Source: Paragordius varius (lineage: Eukaryota; Animalia; Nematomorpha). From it: a stretch of DNA of 64,000 nt. Positions 25,401 through 35,973 of this stretch are shown here, one piece after another. The position numbers and the translations under genes were made by a program. How positions within the stretch are numbered: position 1 is the first letter of the stretch; each line of letters starts with the position of its first letter. The notes under the pieces were generated by a model that saw nothing but the letters and a program-made list of their open reading frames with translations, searched no databases and was not told the DNA's origin. The DNA is taken from positions 1,736,001 through 1,800,000 of the forward strand of contig OZ176052.1 of assembly GCA_964247055.1 (NCBI GenBank). The letters run 5' to 3'.

Positions 25401-27314
25401 ACATTATAATTAGTAAATTTTAAAAAGGCGACATCATTAAACTTTCAATGTATAGCGCTTGATATCACTAATGGTATATTTGTAGTTTTTTCAACTCTAC
25501 TTATTGGATCAATTAATAGGGTTTCAGGTATATTTCAGTTATTATTATTAAGAGGTACCGTTATGTTTAGGTCGCATACACTTTCAATGTTATGGTCAAA
25601 CATTTAAAGTAGATTTCATACTTATTCGCATTTTTTGTTTTATTCTTCCTGGATTTTTTGTTCCCTATTTGCGTAACAGGCATTGATATCTGATGAAAAT
25701 GAAAGTAACAAGGCTATATTAATAATAAAAACCTACCTTGTTAGAGATGGAATGATCTTGGGGATTTAAATAAATAAAATCGGGTTTCAAAATTGAATAT
25801 GATTAAAATAAAAATGCATTTATAAATTATAAGAATAAGAGTATGGTTTTTAACAGAGAGAGAAGTTAAAATAATTTAATTGAAGGCAATAAAAGAATTA
25901 ACAATATGTGCATGATAAAGAAACGTTTTTTAAGCGAAAAAATAAGTGTGCACATGATAGGAATACCTACATGAAATTTGTTTTTTGCTTAAGGTTTGCT
26001 CTTGATTTCATTTATATAGTTTTTATATTATTTTAGGGATATTACGTAAAATGCAGAAAAATCTTACTTGAAAGTTGTTATTATTTTTGCTTAATTAAAG
26101 TTTAATTTTTTAACATCTTTTAGGCGTCTCTAAATAACGGCGCCCGTGGCATGATGCACCCCCTTGCCCCCATTTGGTACGCCACTTTCCATATTGGCCA
26201 AAATTTTACCTTCAGGTTTATCCTTAAAATAAATAATAAGTTCTTTTTAAAACAAATCTTTTTTTCGGTGCATCAATGCTATACAACTGTAAACATATGG
26301 TTTAAATTTGTTTCATTTGAAAATTTAAGTTTAAACTGTGGGCTCACACCCCAGTTTAAATCGAAGGACTAAAATGAATGTCTTGTATCCAAATGTTAAA
26401 TATAACGAATATAACTAAGCAAATAAAGGAAAATCATGTGATAATATTACCAATTATTGGTCTAAAAATAGCAGATTTTGTCATTTTGAACGGCAAAGGA
26501 GTTCATAATATTTTTTAAGTAAAATTAGTGATAATTAAACATTTTCATAGATTTGTCATTAAAATATTGGCCAAGTAACCATAACTTTCCCCAAAATGCG
26601 GGTCAACGGAATATTAAAGTGTAACTCCTTTCAATTAGCTTAGACATAAAGAGTATCTAAAATCATAAATTAGTTTTTTGAATAAAAATCACAAGCATTT
26701 GAAAAAATTACGTAAAAATCAATATATGGAGATAAATATAAAAATATAATAAAGCATTAATTTGTCTTCAAACATGTTATTGCACATTAATTAGTCTTTT
26801 AATTTGTATAAAAAAACGTGAATAAGCAGTTCGATATTTGAGATGGAGAAATAATAACATTATTAAATTAGTCATTGTATTACAAAGCTTACTTATTTTT
26901 GCATTAATAATTCAAAATACTAATTTTCTGTAATAACGATTATAATTTATTATTCTCAAGTAATTGTTTTTTATACAAATTTAGAAGCTATTGTTTAAAA
27001 ACCAAGTGTTAAACAAAACTGAATGGTATATATTTTATTTAAACCAATATATTTTTGAAAATATAGATTTGTTATTTTTTTCAGCTAATTGCATTAGACG
27101 CTTTGAATTTAAATGTCGAAGCTTTTTGAAATACATGGCTATTATTAGAACTATGATTTGCAATTGATTAAATTAAGTCTTTTAACAATTTTTAATAAGA
27201 AACAATTGACTGCTTAAAATCTATCTTTTTTTCCACATGTCCACCGGAGTCCCAAAATTTTCGTATTCACTCTGGCGAGTTCTTGTATCAAATGTACGAA
27301 AATCTAAATTTAAA

Positions 27315-27348
<34 letters not shown>

Positions 27349-27349
<1 letters not shown>

Positions 27350-28460
27350 TAGCGTAAATCTTGTGCTGCTACGCAGCCCGAGGAGGTCCTTCAGACTTTT
27401 GGGGAGAGGGGTAGGGGGAGCTATTTGAAAAAAGGGATCATTAAAATAAATATATAGATGATACAGTATGAATAAGTATACATTGCCAAAAATAATTATT
27501 TCCAAATAGCATACATAATAAAAGGCAATTTTAAAAAACCGCACGACCTAAATATTTGCCTTGTTACGAGTAATATTTTAAGCACCTATTGAACTCATGT
27601 GGTTAGTTCCAAAACGTAATTTCTATATAGTGGCAGTTTTAGGCGGGTAGCTCCCTACCCAGAGGCTGATACAAAAAAGCGCTTGATTAAAATTTTTGCC
27701 TTTTTACGGGGATTACCTGGAATCATAATGATTTCATATGCTCTCATTAGTTTTCGGAAAAATTGCCTGAAAATTAAAAATCATTCTATAGTGGCGCATT
27801 TTTCAGGGCGTAAAAGACCTAATTAACGGCTAATTTAAAAAATCCGTCGACTTAAATTTTTGACTTTTTACGGGTAATACTTTAAGCATTTATTGAACTC
27901 ATATGGCCTGATAGGTTTTTCAGAAATTCAGCCCCAAAGGCACGCCATTTCGATATGACGGATCAGTTTTTAGCGGGTATCTCCTTATCCAGCAGCTTTC
28001 ACCAAAGAAACGCCTTACTAAAATTTTTGCCTTTATACCTCGTATTCTTATTGAATTTTTACGGTTTCATACTTTATGCGAAAAATAGATTCAAAAAATT
28101 ATTTTTGTGGACTCAATTATTTTGAAAAAAGTGGCATTTCACGGGGAGAGCGGGTAAAAAGAGGGCCTAAATTAAAAAAGCGAGCCGACTATGTTCGGCG
28201 CAATTGAAAAAAATAAATAAAAAGCATATTTGATCGAACGGTCCAACAGGTTTTCCGCAATATCTCAAAGTCACGATTTTTGTCGACATGTGTTTTCAAA
28301 TAAACACGGGGTGGGCCCGAACTGGGGGCCTAATTCAAAAAAGGGCTAAGCTATTGTCGGGGCATTCATTAATGATTATATTTTTTTGATATTTGGATTT
28401 GATTGGGTTCACCGGTTTTCCGGAAACAGATCACAAAGCCACCACTTTCCATATATATAT
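27349..28460 (-). mobile_element. Non-autonomous Helitron H3
   Basis: 3' end on the minus strand: GCTGC-GTA-GCAGC hairpin about 12 nt before CTAG (27349-27352), then T; same internal unit as H1/H2; the 5' end merges into (TA)n near 28460. Confidence 0.8.
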
Positions 28461-28756
28461 ATATATGTTTATTGGGCTACCAGCTAAGAATATTAAAAAT
28501 TTCTCTAACATAGAACCAAAGGTGATAGATATAAACAAATTGGCATTTAAATATCAGAATGCAACATTTAGTGCTATCGTGGTGTGCAAATTACTGAAAT
28601 AAAATTTTATTAATAAAATCATTTATTGGTAAAATATTAAACAAAACATAACTTTTTTATTCATCTAATAGGGGGATATTTACACTGATGGTATAAGCAT
28701 TAAATAATTAGCGAAAGATTTTTTGTCGGTAAATTTACAAAACAACACCATGGATG

Positions 28757-29416
28757 TTATCGATTGAGCTTGCTGCTAGCACCTTTACCATGACGACGTA
28801 ATCTCTTGGTTTGATTCTGATAACTTGCATGTTTTCTGCCAAAACTATGACTAGGTCTGCCTTTTCTGTTACCTCTTTTGAGTCCAAAGCTCTTTCTAGA
28901 CCTTGATCTACCACTTCGCCTACTCCGACTTTTACTTCGGGCACTTTGCCCTGAACCACCTGCATGTCCTTTACGTCTTCGATGGCTTTTACTGCGTTTA
29001 GACCGGCTTCTGGATCTCCGCCGTGAACCTGATCTGGTGGAGGATGCTTCTGAGACATCTGTAGCCGATGATGATGAGCTACCCGATGTATTGTGCAAAT
29101 TATGTCGCTTTTTACCACGTCGTTTACCTCGGCCACGTTTTTTTGGCGTAGACAAGTTCATAGTACTGCTAGCACTCGATTTTAGCCCTTTGCGACTTTT
29201 GCTGCGCCGTTTTCGTCCTCTGGCAGATCGACTATTATCCCTAAGGCCAGACTTATGGGTTTTCCCGGAAAGAATTGATGTGGTTTGTCTAGAACGTCCA
29301 CGAGATCTGCCGGATCTTGCAGACCTTGGAATCGTTGTGTTGCGTAATACGTATGTCACATCATCTCGATTAAGTTGATGTAAATCAAAGCTGTCATTAG
29401 GTGGCATTTCAGTCAT
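28757..29416 (-). CDS. Intronless Arg/Ser/Lys-rich basic protein, protamine-like / sperm nuclear basic protein candidate (219 aa)
   Basis: ATG-initiated ORF in a GC-rich island; manual count about 45 R, 47 S, 22 K; RS/RG repeats; no globular domain recognised. Confidence 0.75.
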   Translation of the reverse strand: MTEMPPNDSFDLHQLNRDDVTYVLRNTTIPRSARSGRSRGRSRQTTSILSGKTHKSGLRDNSRSARGRKRRSKSRKGLKSSASSTMNLSTPKKRGRGKRRGKKRHNLHNTSGSSSSSATDVSEASSTRSGSRRRSRSRSKRSKSHRRRKGHAGGSGQSARSKSRSRRSGRSRSRKSFGLKRGNRKGRPSHSFGRKHASYQNQTKRLRRHGKGASSKLNR

Positions 29417-29923
29417 AATATTTGGTTGGTTAGGGGCTATTTCAATATTTAAATTTTCAATAATGGCTGTTTATTGTGACGCAGTAATATTTTGTATATA
29501 TAGATTATGCATAAGATTAATTCAAGTTTAAATTTATATGCAATGGATGATTGTTAAGTATTGTGATGTGACAATTATCACATAAAATAAAGAATATATT
29601 GTTTCTAAAAATATGAATAAAATATAATTATATTATATATGATACCCATTATTTTTACAAATATTCCATAAAAATTTAAACAAAACTTTGATAAAATATT
29701 TCTATTCCCATAAGTATGCAAAGACAAAAATTTTAATCCAAACTAAAGATAATGTGAATTTAATTTAATATTCCTCAAAAATATAAACTTATATGTTAAT
29801 TTCTAAATCGCCTCATAATTTTTTTGTAAATGTGACAACGACTTATTACGAAAAAAATATACATTTACCAAAAATTATTAAACATTTATTGATTATATTA
29901 TTGCAAATGTATTCTCTTTCTGG

Positions 29924-32900
29924 TTAAATGAGAAAGGTATCTGGCGTAGCCATAGCATACACTTTGTGTAAAGGTAGATTAAAAATACCAAGCTTTGATT
30001 CCACATTTTGTGGTTCTATGCATTCATTTTCAGATTTTTTGCTATTTACCTTTTGGTGACTTTCTGGTTTCTGAATGAGATAGGTGCGATAAATATCGGC
30101 AAATGGGATAAAACCTAAGTTTTTCAGGATTTGACCAACGTTAGTTCCCCATTGCCCACACAAAAAGGCTGTTTCAACTTCAATCTGACTAGGAAAATTT
30201 GTACAATTTTTATCATTGAAATTTATATTAGTAATCTTTTTATTGTAATTTTGCATAAGGTCATCTGCCAATTTTTCTAAAAGATTGAGAAGTATGCTAT
30301 GTGCTATTTCTTCCGTTTCAGCGTACAAAGGTCCTATGCGCCAACCACCATATTTTTCGCACATGAGACCGTAACCTTGTAAGATATAAATTTAAGTTTT
30401 ACAATTTTTTTCACTCAATTTAAATGTAATTTTAAATAAATATTGCCCGCTTTAAATATATAATTAACGAAAACTAGTTCAAATCCCAAAAAAGCTTAAA
30501 ATTATTATGTTATAACAATTAAATTGTAAAACCTTGAAGATTTGATCCTGAAAATGAGTTCCCAGTGTGTGCAATACAACCAACTAATCTCTCCATAACA
30601 TGAGTTGTTTCTAAAGGTGCATTTTGATTAATGTTAGCTATTTTAATTTGGGTTGAATTCGACCAAAAATGCGTTTGAATAAATTCTCTTCTTACGGACC
30701 CATGAATTTCTGCATCATATTGTGTCAAAACATCTTCAGAAATAAACTGATCCATATTTGTATACTCGTTAAATTTGTAATATTGGACACAGTTTTTTTC
30801 CATATGCTGATTTATGTATTGCTTGTGAAACATCGCTTTGTATAAGGGTAAAGTAATCTGTAAACCGACAAGATCAATGTTCGCTCGCAAGACCTGGGCT
30901 ATAATCATAAAAAAATATCTATGCGTAGCATAAAAAAATCATATTATCGGAATTTTATGACAAAACCTTAATCCAAAAAATTGAAGCTTTTACAAACCAC
31001 TAAGTTAAAATAAAATAGCTCTAACCTGCAAACAACGGATATGTCATCCCTAGTTTTAGATTCGGTTGAATTCTAGATTTTACAGCGTTAACACCCAAGG
31101 TTCGGGTCCCAATATGTTTTAATCTTGCATCCCAAAGCAAAGTACCAACTTTTAGATTTCTGTACTCAGGTTTGACAATATAAAACCCACCAAATGCCAT
31201 TGAATCATTTAAATTTAAGCCAAGGATTGTTCCTAGAAATATATACAAGTTTTAAAAGTTGACTCGATTTGTTTAAATAAGGAAAAACCATAAATTATAC
31301 GATCAACAAAAAGTATTGAAATATGGAATGCAATATCGTTCTCACACAATCGGTACTGTTATAAATTTGAAAACGTGCATGCCATACCTAGGGAAATATA
31401 AGAGATGTCTTTTTGTTAACAGGTGAATTCATAAGTTTTTACCGGTTTTTGTAAAAAACATGTAATTTTGAATGGGTATTAATCATTTATTTTATAATAT
31501 TAAAATCGGTTTCTACAGATTTCACCTTCTCTCCGGTAATAATAGCGCCAGAAAAACTGATTGTTTTTTGCGGAAAATCCTTCGTCTGGGCATTTTCCAA
31601 CGTCTTCAAAATTATTGGAGTGCTGCTCTGCTAGGATGTGCTACATTCTGCGAATATCTATTAGTCAAATGGCACTAGGTCAAAAGAGTTCAGCGGATGC
31701 GAAGAAAATACCCATTGAAGCGATTTCAAGGTATCATTCACTTTTTTTTCATGTATGAGACGGATCATTGCCTTTTAGCAAAATCACTTTGCAATGTCTT
31801 TTGGCTTATTCCGGTATTTCTCGATTAAAGTATGATTTAAATTAATAATTTTTTGGAGATAGCGTTTCTATTAACGGTTTCACCGGGTTTCAAAAGTTCA
31901 TAATGCACAATACCGCTAGGGTAACAATGCATGATTTTCCCGCTGAAGCGAGTTGTATTCCATATGGAATGACTTGATAAGATGAAATCATGATTTTTCC
32001 GCTTTTACAAAAATAAGTCAATTACTCATGATCCGCCCTAATTCGATGCAAAAATGATTTCTTTTCATGACCTTGAAGCAAGAAATTATAATATTTGCGT
32101 TTTTAAATTGGACCTTCATACAAATGTTAGGGACCCGTTAGTTTAGTGGTTCCCCTTTCTCGTAGGCATATTTTTTTGTGATACAAGTAATGCTTATGCC
32201 GATTGTTAAGTTTGAGTTGAGTCATCATTCAATAACTCTTGGGCTTTATCGCAGTAGGGTCTATTAGAGCGCCCATACGCTTTTATATGAAAATCCAAAC
32301 TTTTAATATTTATAAACGATGTTTCACATGCCATAATCGATAGAGCATGTTGACCATATGTTTCTGCCCGCAAACTAAAACTTTTCACAGCCCTTTTCTT
32401 CTGATGACAATGTGTGCCGCAAACGTTTCTTTTCAGGCACAAATTCGACATGAATAATGAATGATAAAAATAAGTCTTTTTGGCGGAGGCAAATTTTGTG
32501 CTTGTCGTTTAATGGACAAAATGGGTAGCATCAAGTTCGTCTGCTTTTTCTGACGTCAATTCTTATTTAAACAGATAGAACTTATGAATACACCTGGTAT
32601 ATATATTCATTAAGTACGGCTTTTATATTTTCATGAAAAAAATACATGTTTCATGTACAATTTGGGGGAGAAAGCTAACGAAGCGCGTTGATCGAGTTGA
32701 TAATTAAAACAGATTATATATGAAGGTCCAGAAACAGCATTAATATCAGTGGTGAACTGTAATTTTGCTACATGCAGACCCTGAAATAAAACAAAAAACC
32801 CCTTTTCTGGCGCCTCCTATCCCCTTAATGCTATTCGGCGGGCCCGTATTCCACAGATATGCCCTCACCTCTTTGATAAATGCGACCAACTTTTTGTTAA

Positions 32901-33252
32901 CATTATAAAACCAAAAACCGAAAGTTTCGTTTCGAAATTTAATTATATTCATACCAAATATATGATTCTAAGCTACCATATCTACAAATATATTTATTTT
33001 TTAATGACCTTACCTCTTAAATTTTCTTCTTTAATAAGATAATAATTTTGTGTAAAATTATATTTTACCTATTATCCCATATCCCGGTAGTTCTGCAATA
33101 ATCCATGATTCAGGGTCCATCATTAAACAACAACGAAGGAATCGGATGGAACAAAACCATTTAACCGCATTATAAATCCATTCTGGCAGAATTGCGATAT
33201 CATCTTCGCAGATATAACGGATAACAACATCTTTTAGATCAAAATTATTCAT
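29924..33252 (-). CDS. GNAT N-acetyltransferase with C-terminal YitH/HolE-type domain, ~402 aa
   Basis: Exons 33252-33069, 31232-31026, 30898-30533, 30375-29924 (1209 nt, all phase 1). Motifs FGGFYIVKPEYRNLKVGTLLW, LGVNAV, YDAEIHGSVRREFI, GYGL..WRIGPLYAETEEIA. Confidence 0.85.
31419..32597 (-). mobile_element. Mariner (Mos1-like, mauritiana subfamily) transposon relic in GNAT intron 1
   Basis: ~29-bp TIRs (A/C)CAGGTG(A/T)ATTCATAAGTT.., TA on both sides; decayed transposase MSN..ETYGQHALS..ELLNDDSTQT, IVHYELLKPGETVN, HCKVILL..HPLNSFDLVPFD, HILAEQH..QFFWR. Confidence 0.92.
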
Positions 33253-34679
33253 TTTTTATCCCAAAATGTTAAAAAGTCAAATAGTAGATATTAAATTTGA
33301 TGTTTAGTAATATATTTTTAGAAGACAAAAATTAATTATTCATGTTTAAAGGAAGTTTTTCTCTTTGAAGTTAGTGAAATAATTACGTAATCTAAAAAAT
33401 ATCCATATTATTTTAATTTGAAAAAAGTAAAGTAGCCTTGATAAGCAATTTATATATATTGTGTGTTGTGATTTCTAAGCGAGCTTTCGAAATTTTTTTT
33501 ATAAAATTCAATACTATTACAATTTTTATTACAAATAATTTTCATATAGTAGCTATTGCCAAAACATAATAAAAGGCTCTAGTTTATTTAAAAAATGCTA
33601 AAAAAACTTTATCATTTAATCAAATCATTCAATCATGAAAAACAATTTCAACTGCCAATAAAAAGACTAATAAATTTATAACTAGAATAAAAAGTTATGA
33701 AATTTTTGTTCTTAATATATTTTAGTGGATTTCGAATTTTATATAAAAAAACATGCTATTGAAAGCACCCAAAAAATATTATAGTGAAAAAAGGAAATTA
33801 TCTCATTTACTGAGAGAAAATATAACAGTATATTTTTGACCTTAGGCCTTTTTGATAGTAAATAAAGTTGTCAAAATAGTTTTGGATGATTAAGTAAAAT
33901 AGTATTATCCAGTATTACATATATACATTGCTAATTTTTCATTTATTATTGCCAGATAACAGATACAACAAAGGGCAATAATTAGCAATGAGAAATTACT
34001 CACCCAGTAATAATTATAAGAAACTTACTAAATAATGTTTGACCTTCATTAAATAAATGATGATAAAGTATAATTTAAATTGTAAATTCTCCATAAAAAA
34101 ACGAAAAATCAAGTGCAATCGTTGATTAGCTTGTGATCACCCTAGTTATATTATATTTTTTGATTTCAAGCCTGTAATAGCTACTAAAATTTAAAAAAGG
34201 CTATAATATAACTTTTGAAAATTGCTATTTGTCACTGTTTCTATTCTACGTTCAATAAATATATATTTATGAGTTATGTAAAAATTTGCCTGAAAATATT
34301 GCGCATATAAAATTATAGTAAATCAGATTATATTGAAAAATTGTTTTTTGCCAACTTGTCAATCGGTTTTTTGAATTTTTAACCTGTTTACTCCGTAAAA
34401 TGGTCAGGAATTTCATTATTGATAAATAATTGATCTCACATATTTTGCATCTATATACTATATACCAAATACACAGTTTTGTATCGTTGTCGAAAATTTG
34501 TCACACAACCAAAACCAGTAAATTCTAAAATATCACAGTATTTGATTCTTTTTTCATATATTTAGTTTGGGAAAAAATTTAAGACCGGATACGTTATTCA
34601 AAATCAGCTTTGTGTAAAAAAACCATCAATTGTTTTATTTAAGTCCCAGTTCAAAATCCTTTTTATAGGATTTATAAAA

Positions 34680-35400
34680 AATATCCTGATGAATATTATA
34701 TGATAGGTAAATTCATCAGGACCATCACGGTGCTTTTGGTTTGACCCTTACGAGTGATTTAAAAAGTTTATACACGAATGTCGTAACAATATTAAAAATT
34801 GCAAAATTTGCGAATATTTTTGGAATAAAATTTTTTGGTGAGAGCTAAATGCTTCATGCCAAAAAATATCCACCAAAATTTATCATGAACCCCCCTAAAA
34901 GTAATTTATTTAGCATAATCAAATTATAAAGAAAAGTGTTTTTCAAATATCTAAAAGCGTTTTTATACCGTTTCCATCCTGCCTAAAAATAGTACACTTC
35001 AAAAAAACTAAATTTTATAAATGCATTTTTATTAGCATATATTTCAAATTTTTATACTATAATCCTATCATTTCTGCGTTTATTTTAAGAGAAGTAGCCC
35101 ATTTGAGATGAGCAAAAATATTTGGGACTTTGGAAGCCCACAACCAAAAATATTTTTTTAAAAATTGTTTTGCTTTTTATACGTAGTTTAGAATATATTT
35201 GAAATTTTTTGAAATAAAGCATTTAGCTATTATCAAAAAAATTTATTTCAAAAAAATATGTCCAAGTTTTGCCATTTTATTATATGGAGTCACCGAAAAG
35301 TTTGCATATATTTATATCACTCAGGGCCAAAACCAAAAGCATCATGATAATCATAATATATTTTACCTCCCCCCTCCCGATTTCTGATGCATTGTAATAT
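34680..35400. repeat. Family C repeat with internal inverted arms
   Basis: TTTTGGTGAGAGCTAAATGC near 34835 is inverted relative to GCATTTAGCT.. near 35219; similar to 7830-8950. Confidence 0.45.
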
Positions 35401-35973
35401 TTACGCTTTTAATCTATGTAGACCATATAATACTGAAAACTTTATTGTTAGTTATTAAAATTTTGGATATCCCTAAATTTTAATTTTTTAATAGGGCTGA
35501 TTTTTCTCAACATTACATTCGGTCAAATTTTATCTTATTTGAGCTAATCTAATATTTTTGACAGTGATTAAAACGTTACAAAAGTCAGTATTAAAATTTT
35601 TCGAATAACTTTTACAGTTTTACACACAGGTTTTTAACCCAGAAATTATACAAAACATATAGCTATTTAATCTTAAACCGCGATTAAAAATATAAAATTT
35701 TAATATTAACATTATTTATATATAAATAATTTAATGTGTAATTAACAGAAAAAACTTGTTTGTTTTTAAAAATTTGCTTCAATCGGATATATAATCGGCT
35801 AAATAAAACCAGTTCAAAGTTGGTTATATTAACTCTGCCTTAATACGATAAGTTAATAATTATTGACTAATTATTTGTTATTAATTAACTTATATTTGGT
35901 TGAATTAAATATATAAATACTATTATTATGAAACAAATCCGAGTAATTGTAAAAATAAAAATCAGATGGCCAC

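Larger units (their letters stand above)
22909..26187 (-). mobile_element. Non-autonomous hAT DNA transposon (internal-deletion derivative)
   Basis: TIRs CAGTGGCGTACC (22909-22920) and GGTACGCCACTT (26176-26187); 8-bp TSD GTCATATT / TCCATATT (6/8); subterminal GCGCCCG(G/T)GGCAT at both ends; transposase relic inside. Confidence 0.75.

Noticed and set aside
28735-29378. Overlapping ORFs of 133 aa (-) and 166 aa (+) over the basic-protein gene
   Set aside because: Expected by-products of GC-rich, repetitive Arg/Ser codons; no independent support.
31000-31025. 26-nt GT-AG segment after GNAT exon 2
   Set aside because: Splicing it leads to an immediate stop; the acceptor at 30899 gives the homologous frame.
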